Assembly (NCBI RefSeq): GCF_009914755.1
Contig: NC_060928.1
Length of the DNA: 64,000 nucleotides
DNA from: the human T2T-CHM13v2.0 reference genome, Homo sapiens
Reading direction: 5' to 3' (one strand)
Under the pieces are notes generated by a model. The model searched no databases, was not told where the DNA came from, and saw only the letters and a program-made list of their open reading frames with translations. This document shows, one piece after another, positions 26,460 to 38,914 of this stretch. Positions within the stretch are counted from its first letter, which is position 1, and each line of letters starts with the position of its first letter. A program made the translations under genes and the position numbers.

Positions 26460-28319
26460 CTGAAAACATATTGCCTAGTTGCTATGAAATACTTCTTTGT
26501 AATGAATTGATTCTTCTTTCAAAGAGTATCTGGAAATTCTAAATGGAATTCAAATTAATTTCTCTTTTTTTCTAATGTGACTCTCATTATTTAACTTGTC
26601 TCTAGCCACTCTTTTTTGAATGCCCACTTTTCTTAATTTAGTATATGATATGCAACAATTTAATATGTAATATACATTTTGAAGATTTAAAAATGTGAAA
26701 TAATTTATTAGGGTTCCACATACTGTCATAGTATACAAAAATTTTAATTTTAATAAGATGTCATAATGCTGATTCTGAAACTGTGATATGTGCTATAATG
26801 GAGAAATGTTTGTCATTTGTCTTAATGACACTTTTGTACATTTAGATGGATACCCTCCCCTCCAAAATGCTAAGAAACTGTGAAGTAAATTTCAAATGTA
26901 ACAAAACATGCACACAGAGCAAGAGTAACTGAATCCTTCCCTTTTTGTAATTATTGAAAAACTAGTTTAGCACATGTAAAGGCCAGATCCAAACTTGAAC
27001 TAAATGTAACCTTTCCAACAGTAGAACAGTTTTTTCCCATCACTACATACAGGTATAGTCATGCTTCTTTGTTTCAGTAGGAGACAACTGGGAATAATTT
27101 GAAACACCATGAGTAAGGCAATTTCTGAGGTATTTATAATTTAAACCCAAACCTGTAAGTACTATAACTCCTATGGGAAAAGTCTGATCATTTGCAATTT
27201 TCTCCAAAATGAAACTCAGAATTACTCCAATTTAAATCATCTTAAGAAGTTATGGGGATTTTTTCTAACTTTTAAGAGTAATTTTGACATTTCAATATCT
27301 AAAATAATCTATTGTTGATAAAGAAAAGTGCTGATGAAGTTTTTCTTTATTTAACATAAATTCTCAAATTTTAAGTTCAACTTACTGGACCTGTCATGAC
27401 ACTTGACTATAAAGAGGTGAAAAGAAGATCTGAATGGACCTATATGAATTCATGTTATTCTTCTATCAACTGAATACTAAATGAAATCAGATAGCATTCA
27501 TTGAATAACACATTGGTTATAAGTGTCTTTGAGAATTTGTAGAATCTTATTTCGTTAAGTTAGATTTGGAGGGATTTGTTTGTATGTAGCCACTAGTAAA
27601 TACAGCAGTTAGAATATGGTCCAAATCTATAATCTCAGTACGTTGAGAGCTCGGTTTTGTGTTGCCTTTCCCTAATTATTCCATGAGGCACTGCAGAATA
27701 TATATTTAATGTAGAGTCATCAAAAGTTCCTAAGTTTAAACACTCTGGAAAGATACTTTCAAGAGCATAGTTCAAAAAAACAAAACAAACAAAAACAAAC
27801 AAAAAAACAGGTATGATCTCCTTTCCCACAAAGCAAGGCAAACAATATGATAAACTCATGCATACAGTACATACAAGAACTGAGGCAAAAATTCAAAGCA
27901 AAAAGATATTTTTTTTCTGGCTAAATACGTGATTATGCAGAAGACTTCTGGAAGATATAAAATATTGAGTAAGGGCTTAAATTTCTATGGCTACTCTTTC
28001 TGTGGGTGGAGCTGATGCATACACAGCTCTTAAGGCAAAGGCAGAGCACTGATAGATAAAAATACGAAGTATGTGTTAAAGAGAGCCATAAAGTCAGTCC
28101 ATTAAAAAGAAGTAGTTGTACAAAGTAGTTTTAAATACTTAGAGTATATTTTACCAAGGAGGTAAAATATTTATATACTGGAAACTATAAAATTTTGAAC
28201 AGAGCTATTAATAGTTTATAACAATGGTTTTGGGCAATTAATATTTTTAATATATGAAGCATTATAATCCAAAGAAATTGCTGAGTTATCATTCTTAGAA
28301 ACCAGATGTCATATATATC

Positions 28320-28821
28320 TTTTTAAAAAATGTATGTATTTGTTTTAATGGACAAATAATAATTGCATATATTTGTAGGATACAATGTAATTTTTTATCT
28401 CTACATACACTGTAGAAAGATTCAATCAATCTTATTAATATATCCATCATCTCACCAATGTATCACTTTTTTGTAGTTAGATTGTGAATAATCTATTATT
28501 TTAGCAATTTTGAAATATATGATATATTATTATTAACCATGGTCACCATGCAGTGCAAAAGATCATGAAAATTTCTTCCTCCTATCTAAGATTTTATATC
28601 CTTTTATCTACATCTTCCCTTTCCACAACCCTTCCCCCCAATCTCAGGAATCACTTTTCTACTCTCCATTTGTAGGAGATTGACTTTTTAGATTCCGCGT
28701 GTGAGATCTTACAATATTTATCCTTCTGTGCCTAACTTATTTCACTTAGCGTAATATCCTCCAGTTTTATCCATGCTGTCACAAATGATAGAACTTCCTT
28801 TTTAAGGCTGTGGAGTATTCC

Positions 28822-28857
<36 letters not shown>

Positions 28858-29565
28858 ACATTTTTAAATCTATTCATCTGTTTATAGGCACTTATTTTGC
28901 TCTCAAATCTTGGCTATTCTGAATAATGCTGAAATAAACATGGGAATGCAGATATTTCTTTGACATATCAATTTCAATTCCTTTGGATGTATATCCAGAA
29001 GTGGGATTGCTGAATCATACAGTGATTCTATTTTTAGTTCTTTGAGGTAATTCCATACTATTTTCCAAAATTGCTGCACTAATTTATATTCTCAGCAATA
29101 GTGTAAAAGAGTTCCTTTTTCTTCATATTCTGAGCAACACTTATTATTATTCAATTTTTTTATAATAGCCACTTTAATAGGAGTGAGGTGATATTGTATT
29201 GGGGTATAAATTGGCATTTCTCTGATTATTAGAGATGTTGATTATTTTTAATGTATCTGTTGGCCAATTATGTCTCTTCTTTTGAGAATCTCTGTTTAGA
29301 TCTTTTACTCATTTTAGTTTGGTAATTTGTTTTTCATTTTCTATATATTTTGGATATTAGCCCCTTATCAGATGTATGGTTTGCACATACTTTCTCCCAA
29401 TCTGTTGTCTCTTCAATCTATTGTTTTATTTGTTCTACAGAATGTTTTTACTTTAATGCAATTGCATTTGTCTATTTTTCCTTTAGTTGCCTGTGCTTTG
29501 GGATTTCTAGTCAAGAAACTATTGCCCAGTCCAATGTTATGGAGCTTGTCCCCTATGTTTTCTTT
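28320..29565 (-). mobile_element. L1MA (MA6/7-like) 3' segment of a twin-primed insertion
   Basis: Antisense L1MA 3'UTR 'tattattaaccatggtcaccatgcagtgcaaaagatc'; ends at 'cccctatgttttctttc'; (TG)n at 28824-28853. Confidence 0.85.
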
Positions 29566-30950
29566 CAAACTGATTTTTTCAAGGCCAGCATTACCCTGGT
29601 ATTAAAGCCAGACAAGGATGCTACAGGAAAAGAAAACTAACAAACCAGTAGCCCTGATGAGCAAAGATGAAAAAATCCTCAACAAAATATGGGTGAATTG
29701 AATTCAACACCACATTAAAAAGATTATTTATCATGATCAAGTTAGATTTATCCCAGGGATGCAAGAATGGTTCAACTTAAATAAGTCAATAAATGTGAGA
29801 CATCATATCAACAATATAAAGGATAAAACTCACATGATCATCTCAAAAGATGCCTAAGAAGCATTAGACAACATGCAACATTTATTATTAAAACTTTCAA
29901 AAATATAAGTATAGAAGAAATGTACTTCAACACACTAAAGGCCATATATAACCAGCTCACAGCTAACAGCATATTTAATGGTGAAAACTTGAAAACTTTT
30001 TCTCTAAGATCAGGAACAAAGCAAGCATACCCACCCTAGCTACTTCTATTCAACATAGTACTGGAAGTTCTATCCAGAGCAATTAGGCAAGAAGAACAAA
30101 TAAAAGGCATCCACATAGGATAGGCAGAAGTTAAATTGCCTCTGTTTGCTGATGATATAATCTTAGGTACAGAAAACCCTAAAGACTCCATACACACAAA
30201 AAAATTTTGAACTGATAAAGTCACAGGTTACACAATCAACTTACAGAAATCATTAGTCTTTCTAAACACTAACAGTGAATTATCTGAAAAAGAAATTAAG
30301 AAAATTTAATTTGTAAGAGTATAAAAACATTAAATACTTAATGTAAATTTTACCAAGGAGGTAAAATATTTATACACTGGAAACTGTGAAATATTGAGGA
30401 AAGAAACTGAATAAAAACCAAATAAATGGAAAGATATTCCATGTTTATGGATTTTAAAAATTAATATTGTTAAAATGTCTATACTAGCCAAAGTGATCTG
30501 CATAGTCAATGCAATTCCTTTAAAAATTTCATTGTCAAAATAGGAAAACAGTCCTAATTTTTTACTAAACTAGAAAAGAACATGAATAGTCAAAGCCATC
30601 TCGAGCAAAAATAACAAAGCTGGAGACATCACATTCTCTGATTTCAAAATATATGATGAAGCTATTGTAACCAAAAGGGTATGGTACGGCATAAAAAAAA
30701 AGACACAAAGACCCATGGAACAGGATAGAAAGTCTAGAAATAAAACCAAGGTTTTAGTCAATTGATTTTCAACAACGGCACCAAGAAAATACAATGGGAA
30801 AAGGACACTCACTTTAATAAATGGTGCTGCAAAAACTGGATACCCACATGCATAAAAATGAAAGTGGACCCTTTTTTCACACCATACATAAAGATCAACT
30901 CAAAATAGACAAAAGACATCAATGTAAGACCTGAAACTGTAAAATTCTCT
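29566..30950 (+). mobile_element. Inverted ORF2 segment of the same L1MA
   Basis: Sense ORF2 from 'aaggccagcattaccctg' through RT 'ctgtttgctgatgatataatc' (FADD) to 'aatgtaagacctgaaactgtaaaa'. Confidence 0.85.
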
Positions 30951-30959
30951 ATATATTTT

Positions 30960-33080
30960 ACATATGTCTTCTTTATGCTTATGACATCTAAATGTAAACT
31001 TAGATATCTGACCTCTCTCTAGATAATAACTCAGTACTATCTATATGTGCTCAATAAACATTTATTGGAAATTCATGAGTAAATAAATAAATGACTGAAT
31101 AATTAATAAATGTACTTGAGGTGAACAACAAGTTAAGGGCTGTGTTTCTGTGTAGGATGGGAATAGAAAAATTAACGTATAAAATTCTTCATTTGTGTTT
31201 CAGGAGAATTATTTTGTTGACACCTTACTATAATTATTATGTCATATTGATGTTTCCCTTTATAGCCTGATTTATTGACATGATTGCCAATAAATCACTT
31301 TCTACTCTTTGTGGTCTCTCAGTCTATTCTCAGCTGACTTTAGTTGGGTTCTTGTTCCCACCGCTTCACTGAAATTTTTGTCAAGATCCCTAATGACCTC
31401 TATGCAATGGTTTTATCTCATCTCATCAACTTCTTAGCAGTATTTGAGACCATATTTTTCTAGAAACACTCGGTGTCATGTAACTCTTATTGTCTTCTTA
31501 TGTCCCTGACCACTCTTTCTAGGTACCTCACTTTCTTGTCTTGCCTTTTACTGTTAATTTTTGAAGTGTCCCATGGCTATGAACTGCATCTCCTTCTTTT
31601 CTCTTGAAAAATATTCTCCCTTCTTGTCTTAATCCAGACCTATGGCTTTTAAAACATCTGTATACTTATGATTCTCAAATTTACTTCCTAAACTTGCCCT
31701 TGCACTTTCTTCTCCACTTCTATAAAATATACCAAAATGTGTAATGTTAAAATGTATGCATTTTCCTGGATATTTATTTTTATTTCACTCCCCAAATGCA
31801 ATCAATGAAGAAGTTATCTCAATTCTAATTCCAAATTATATCCCAAACACATCCACTTCTCTTTATGTGTTTTCTGAATATTCTTGTTCGACTTGTCCAT
31901 TTTATACTTGAACTACAGTAGACAACTCATAACTGGCCTCCTTGCTCTTGCTGTTTTTGTACCAAGATCCACTGCCCATATAGTTAAGCACAAGGAGTTT
32001 CAAAACCATATGCAGATATTGCAATCCCCTTGCTTGTTAACAGTATTACTTTATTACTGCTGTAACAAATTACCACAAAATTAGTAGATTGAAGAAACAC
32101 AAATTTATCTTACAGTACTGGATGAGAAGTTTAACCTAGGTCTCCTGAACCTAAGTTAAGCTGCCAGCAAAGCTTTGTTGTATACCAGAGGCTCTAAGGG
32201 ACATCCTCGTTTCCTTCTCTTTTCTAGCTTCTAGTGACCAGCCATAGTCCTGGCTCATGGCCCTTTCTCCACCTTGAAATCCAGCAACATTACATCTCTC
32301 TGTGCCCTTCTTTCATACTCATATTTTCCATTGACCCTCTCTTTTTGTTTCCTCTTCATTTTTAAAGATGCTTGTGATTACATTGGGCCTACACAAATAA
32401 TCCAGGGTGATCTATTTTGAGATTAGCAGGTTATAAACTTTAACTCCCCTTTGCAATGTAATGTTTCATATTTACAGGTTACAGGGATTAAGGTGTATAC
32501 CTCTTTGGGGGCTCATTATTCTGCCTCAAATAGATCCCAGTTAAAATAAGATACAAAACTACTTACTCTGGCTTCTAAAACCGTTTTTGAACTAGAATGT
32601 TCCTACTACCCAACTACATCTCTTTTTACTCCCTCTCCTACCCAATATCTTCCAGCTGTCTTGTCTTTATTCCTTTTCTTCTGACAAAGCAAAATAAATC
32701 CACCACAGGCCCTTTGCACTAGCTGTTCTCTCTGGCTTTTAATGTCATATTCTGTATCTTCAAATAACTGGCTTCTTCTTATCACTTAAATATCTCCTGA
32801 AATTCTTCTTTTACAAGGTTGGTTTACTAAACCAAAACATCTAAAGAATTCACCCATATATTATCACTTCACCAAATATATGTTCTATACCAATCTCTGC
32901 TATTTTCCTTACTTATAAATGTATTGGTACATTTATTATCTTCTCTCTCTTTCTCACATACACATGCACACTCAAACACACACACCTAATAGAGGTGGTT
33001 CCTTTGTTTATTCAAATTTCATCATTGAAACCTCATTGCCTGAAATACATTCACAAACTCCATGAACTGACATGTAATGA
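30960..33080 (+). mobile_element. L2 fragments, interrupted by MLT1D
   Basis: L2 3' end 'gtgctcaataaacatttattg'; internal 'tcaagatccctaatgacctc', 'caggccctttgcactagctgttc'. Confidence 0.75.
32041..32532 (-). mobile_element. MLT1D-like MaLR LTR
   Basis: 'ctgctgtaacaaattaccacaaa', 'ttgtgattacattgggcctacacaaataatccagg', 'gggggctcattattctgcct'. Confidence 0.85.
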
Positions 33081-33149
33081 ATAATTTTGCACCCTACTTG
33101 GCTTCCCAAAATGTATTTATCTTTTCTTCTGTCTAAATTCCAGAAGCAC

Positions 33150-33925
33150 TAAACCTCTTGTAATTTCTGGCACTTAACCTGCCATTTTTAGCCTATGTGG
33201 CATTATCTTTCCTCTCTTCCTAAAATAGCCACCCCTTTTACCTCTACCCCTTCACCTGGTCAACATCACTTTATTGTGAAACTTAATTTAGAGGTCACCT
33301 CCGACTAAGATTCATTCTCTCCTTGACTAAACTTTGATCAGGCTCTTCTGAGCTGTCTAGGTCTCAACCTTGGCATCTGTCTTTACTAGGCCTGCACCAC
33401 CCAGTTTAGGCAAGAATCTTGCTAAGTTGGTTTAGAAAGAATCCCCAATGCTTGATATCCGATCACCTTCAATTACTGACCTGATACTTCCTCTTAGTAA
33501 TTTTCCATACTCTGACTCCCATTCTGCTCATTGTCTATACATTCCTACTTGTGCCTGATGTATTTATGAATGAGTTAAGTTCTCTACCATAAATTTTTCC
33601 CCTTATTGCAATAGTTTTTAATGATAAAATTTATCTGCACTCCTTTAATTTCTGGGTGGCCCTGGTTTTGTTTAACACCCTTTTCATGAAGTCTCCTCTG
33701 ACTCTCCTAGATTTTAAGATATGTTTCCTCTATGCCAATTCACTATTAGTGTTTTAGTCATTCCTTTTATAATTCATCAGAAATTTCTGATTATAGGTTT
33801 AACTCATGTAATAGCCTGCAAAAACATTCAGAACATAAATTCTATCTTACTTATTTTTGTGTCTCTGAAACCTAGACTATTGCCGGTACCTAGTAGATAT
33901 TCAATAAGTATCTGCTGAATGAGTG
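33150..33925 (+). mobile_element. L2 3' end, interrupted by an ERV1 LTR
   Basis: 'gaggtcacctc|...atgaagtctcctctgac'; ends 'tagatattcaataagtatctgctgaatgagtga'. Confidence 0.65.
33302..33677 (+). mobile_element. MER31/MER67-family ERV1 solo LTR
   Basis: 'tctctccttgactaaactttgatcaggctcttctgagc', 'ggcaagaatcttgctaagttggtttag'; ends TTTAACA. Confidence 0.75.
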
Positions 33926-34099
33926 ACCATGGGCTTGTTCTTTGAGCCATGTTTCCTTCATTCTTCTCCAATGGATAATTGGCATGTATTGATGTCATTA
34001 GGAAAAAGGGTTGTATCAACCATTTTTATAGTTATCAATTTGCTTTTCAAATTGTTCTATTTCAACCCACATGTATAAATATATACCATTTAACACTCC

Positions 34100-34510
34100 T
34101 CATTGAAGTTACCTTCTGACTAAAACAGAACTTTAAGATAAGAATGTGAGGGAAGAGAAACAACTTAGTCAAGGAAGAGAACAGAACCTGTAATGGGTTT
34201 GTGTTCAAGCTAGCTTATCACTGAAGACTGAAACTCATTTCTACCAGAGAAATCTTGCTAGCCAAGATAAGTTACACCCACTGAAGGGGTGAGGGAGCTG
34301 GTCTCTCACTGTTTAAGAGCTTTAGGGAGAAGAAGGGCACTAATTTCCCAGCATTTCCATCCTACCTTATAGGTAACAAAGCAAGCTCCAGAAGCTAGGA
34401 AAAACCCTCAAACAAATAATGTGCAAAAGATAGCAGTTAAAAGTTAAAAGCAAAAGGCTAGTAATTGGTAAGGGTAATGGGGCAGCACCGGACACTGCAG
34501 GGTCTGCTTC
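34100..34510 (-). mobile_element. ERVL LTR (LTR33-like)
   Basis: 'cccactgaaggggtgagggagctgg', 'taatttcccagcatttcc'. Confidence 0.55.
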
Positions 34511-34519
34511 AGTAGATTG

Positions 34520-36570
34520 CAATTATAACACCCTAGCCTCACCTTTTTTTTTTTTTTTTTTTTTTGATGTCCTGAGTTTTGCTTACCTTTACCTGCACCC
34601 TACATCAGTCATCAATAATTATAGCTACAAGTTCATCTTCATCATTGACCATATGTTTCTGCTTTTGAGGTAAATATTTCAGTATTTCATTTCTGAAAGT
34701 AATTTATCCTTCTGATATTATTGTTCATTTCTATGAGATACATCCCTAGCTTCATAGTGATCTGCAGTCCTTGATGTCCACTTTAACCAGCTGTCTTGCA
34801 GCTTTGATTCTATCACTATGACACTGGCAACTACGCAGCATCATTTCAGCTACTATTTATTGGCAGAAACCTCCTTCCTTTACCTTGTTGCTCTTTGATT
34901 TTATATACCTTCCAAATGCCCAATCATGGGTAATTTTAAACATATTTCTCAGAAACTATATCTTGCTGCTGAACGATGTGAAATAAAATCTCCTAACATT
35001 GCAAGTTGTGTCATTAGAGATTTATGATTTACTCATAACTGTGCCCTCCATACTATTCTGCAATCTTATTACATATATTTAATGATTAACATTTCCCATT
35101 TACCTCAAAATGTATTTGAAACATACATTTCCTTGAGCTCTAAATAATTCCTCTTTTCTCTCTTTTCCTCAGCTATTAAGCTTACTTTATTATTTTCTTT
35201 TTCTACATGAAAAGTCAAGACTATTGTCTGACTTTTTGGCTTCTTATTAACCTTTAACATATATCTTTACTTCTATCTTTACCTTCTCCTGACAGTTTCA
35301 GATGAAGTTGTGTTTCTTCTGCTGTCTTAGGACAACGTTGTTATAGCTATTTTCCCCATTTTCTGTTTTGAAAACTTTATCTATCATTTCCCCTAATTTT
35401 GTGAAATATTTGATTTATTCTTATGTATTGACTTATTCTAACCCTTTACACATGCACAGTACTTTTCTATTTTATAGAAACTCATAAATAAGCCAAGAAA
35501 AGAATTAAGCAAATTCTTTGACAATATTGCAAGTTATAATAACTCAGTTCTCTTTTTCTTTGTTTTAAAATACTGCACCCTCACCACCTTTACTTTCTTA
35601 TCTCTTATTCAGTATCACCATTTGGTTTTTCCTTTTATTGTACTAAATTAAGGTGTTTCATGACTTCTTAATTCTAAGTTCATGAGTACTTTCATCAGAT
35701 TAACTTAATATTTTGGTGGCATTTACCTTTGTTGCTGACTTCTTTACTCTTTCAAATATTTTCACCCTTGACTCTTATTAAATTATTTTATTCAAAATTG
35801 TTTCTTTCATTTTTGCCTATCCCTCAGACCTCTCTACATAGAATTTAGTTTCATTGTAGCTCTTTGGAAGTAGGTATTCTCCTTATATTCCTGGTACTTT
35901 TTTTTTTGTTTTTTTTTTGACAGTGTCTTGCTCTGTTACCCAGGCTGGAGTGCAGTGGTGTGATCTCCCCTCCCTGCAGATCTCCACTCACTGCAACCTC
36001 TGCCTCCCGGCTTCAAGCGATTCTCCTGCCTCAGCTTCCTGAGTAGCTGGGATTACAGGTGCCTGCCACCATGCCCTTCTAATTTTTGTATTTTTAGGAG
36101 AGACGAGGTTTCACCATGCTAGCCAGGCTGGTCTCAAACTCCTAACCTCAAGTGATCCACCTGACTTGGCCTCACAATGTGCTGGGATTACAGGCATGAG
36201 TCACCATGCCCAGCCATTCCTGGTACTTTTTACTCATGCATTTGGATTTTACTCATTGACTCCCTCAGTGCATATGACTATTATGCTACTGACTCCAAAA
36301 TTTACAACTCCAGCACAGAGCCTATCAAACACTCAAGCTACCTTACAGAGAATTTAAACTTATTATATACAATATGAAGATTATAATTTTTTTTCTTTTG
36401 GACGATTTCTTTCCTAGTGAATGAATAACTTAATATCTCAGTTTATACATAAAGGTTCTTGGGGATGACATTTGACTTTTGGTCATCCACTATCTATTCC
36501 TTTTTTGGAATTAGTAATTAATTTTTCAATAAATTTTTACTTTATTGTAATGCCTCTACTATGTAAAGCT
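34520..36570 (+). mobile_element. Degraded L2, interrupted by an Alu
   Basis: 'ctatgctactgactccaaaatttacaactccagc' (YADD region) and CT-rich L2 character. Confidence 0.6.
35898..36215 (-). mobile_element. AluSz-like with a 17-bp internal tandem duplication
   Basis: Full Alu; 'ctcaagtgatcc'; TSD ATTCCTGGTAC(TTTTT) at 35887 and 36216. Confidence 0.95.
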
Positions 36571-36579
36571 CTAACTATT

Positions 36580-37180
36580 GTACAGCTCCTATTATATGCT
36601 TCTAGATGCTGATGGTATAGATGAAAACAAGGTCTCTATTATCTGAGAACAGGCATTGGCAACTATGGCCTATGGGCCAAATTTGACCCACAATCTTTTT
36701 CTAATAAAATGTAGTAGAAACATAGTCACACTCATTTATTTATATATTGTCTATGTATGGTTTATACTATAATGGCAGAGTTTAGTTCTTATGACAGAGC
36801 CCATATGGCCCAAAGCCTAAAATACATATTATCTGTTCCCTTACTGAAGAGGATACAATTAGGTTGGGGTACAGATGTACCATTCCATGGAGGATATATT
36901 GGAGACTTGCCTGAGACTGTTTAAAGAAGAAAAGTGAAGAGGTTGTCACTAGAGGCCAAGTGGAAGATAAGGAGAACCTGAATTACTGCAGTGAGAATAG
37001 CACTGGACAGTGCATATAGTCTAGAAATATTTGCTAATTAAAATTTATTGGATTTTATCACTAATTGGTTATAGTGGTGAGGCTGGAAAAATTAGGAACT
37101 AAGCACATATCTCAAGTTTCTTATTTTGGTGATTAGGTGGAAAGTGATTCCAACAACTAAAAAGGTGAAAACAGCAAACA
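36580..37180 (-). mobile_element. L2 fragment, interrupted by MER58
   Basis: 'taaaatttattggattttatcactaattgg', 'ctcaagtttcttattttggtgattaggtgg'. Confidence 0.55.
36650..36850. mobile_element. MER58A hAT-Charlie fragment
   Basis: 'ggcaactatggcctatgggccaaatttgaccc...tatggcccaaagcctaaaatacatattatctg'. Confidence 0.85.
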
Positions 37181-37472
37181 TAGTGAGGTATACTACTACT
37201 ACTAATATTTATTTGGAGGAGCTACTACAGCATCATTTATACAAGTTTTAGTCTTAAGGACACTGAGCAAAGCTCATACTAAAGGCATTGATGGAATCTC
37301 TGAGTATATAAGCTTTTTCATTGATAAAAACTTCTAGTTACTAAGTATATCAGTCATACTTACTTGCTTGATCATTTTGTCTTTCTGTATATGATAGATT
37401 TCAACTAATCGTGTGTGGTTGATAGAAATTTACTGCATAATTATAATCATGACAAGTAATGAGGATTCACAG

Positions 37473-37688
37473 GGGCAGTATGTTTGAGGAAGGAAGATAG
37501 ACTTGATATAATAATACCTGGAGTACTCTTCAGGCTTTGACACTCACTGGAAACTGGGTCTTGGTCCCCTCACATGAGAAGAAGAATTATAGCAATAATA
37601 TCAGTGGAGGCAATGATCATATGAAATACTATATGGAAAGTGCTTTGCAAATTATAAACTGCTATGAGAATGTAAATTATCATTATTG
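37473..37688 (+). mobile_element. MIR
   Basis: Terminal 'atggaaagtgctttgcaaattataaactgctatgagaatgtaaattatcattatt'. Confidence 0.65.
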
Positions 37689-37879
37689 TAACCAAGTTAA
37701 TTTACATAGACTATGACTAAAAGATATCAAAACTGTTGACTTTGATAACTCATTTGCACATGTATTAAAATATATATGTGCAAAACTTAAAAAAATAATT
37801 TTTCAACTTGCACTTCTAATAATTTGTACACATTTGTTTTCATTTCCCTGTGGTTCATTTATTCAAAAAGCTATTTATT

Positions 37880-38898
37880 TATTTTATTTTTTAACTTTTA
37901 TTTTCAGTTCAGGGGTACATGTACAGGTTATATAGGTAAACCTGTGACATGGGGGTTTGTTGTACAGAATTTTTTGTCAGCCAGGCATTAAGTCTAGTAC
38001 TCATCATTATTATTATTATTCTTGATCCTCTCCCACCTCCCATCCTCCAGCATCTGGTAGGCCCTAGTGTCTGCTTTTCCCCTCTATGTGTCCATGTGTT
38101 CTTATCATTTAGCTCCCACTTATAAGTGAGAACATGCAGTATTTGGTTTTCTGTTCCTGTTAGTTTGCTAAGGATTATGGCCTCCAGTTCCATCCATGTT
38201 CCTGCAAAGGACATGATATCATTCTTTTTATGGCTGCATAGTATTCCATGGTGTATACATACCACATTTAAATAGGCATTCAGATTGATGGGCATTTAGA
38301 TTGATTCCTTGTCTTTGCTACTGTGCATGGTGCTTCATTGAACATATATGTGTATATGTCTTCATGACAGAATGATTTATATTCCTTTGGGTTGCTAGGT
38401 TAAATTATAATTCTGTTTTTAGCTCTTTGAGAAATCATCTCACTGCTTTCCACAGTGGTTGATCTAAATTACACTCCAACCAATAGTGTATAAGCTTTCC
38501 TTTTTCTCTGCAAACTCACCAGCATCTGTTATTTTTTCCTTTTTAATAGTAACCATTCTGACTTGTGTGAGATGGTATCTCATTGTGGTTTTTATTTCCA
38601 TTTCTCTAATGATCAGTGGTGCTGAGATTTTTTGCATATGCTTGGCCACATGTATGCCTTCTTTTTTAAAAAGTATCTGTTCATGTTCTTTGCCCACTTG
38701 TTAATGGGGTGGGTTGTTTTTCCTTGTAAATTTATTTAAGTTTCTTATAGAGAGTGGATATTAGTCCTTTTTCAGATGCACTGTTTGCAAAAATTTTATC
38801 CCACTTTCTAAGTTGTCTATTTATAGTATCTTTTGCTGTATAGAAGTTCTTTAGCTTAATTAGATCTCATTTGTCAATTTTTCCTTTTGTTACAATTG
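37880..38898 (-). mobile_element. 5'-truncated L1PA (PA13-15-like) inserted in an L2 tail
   Basis: Antisense 3'UTR and ORF2 C-terminus; 16-bp TSD CAAAAAG(C/A)TATTTATT at 37864-37879 and 38899-38914. Confidence 0.92.
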
Positions 38899-38914
38899 CA
38901 AAAAGATATTTATT

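Noticed and set aside
27635-27690. Possible terminal coding exon (ttctgcag|...PHGIIRERQHKTELSTY*)
   Set aside because: Weak pyrimidine tract, no recognisable protein and no supporting poly(A) context
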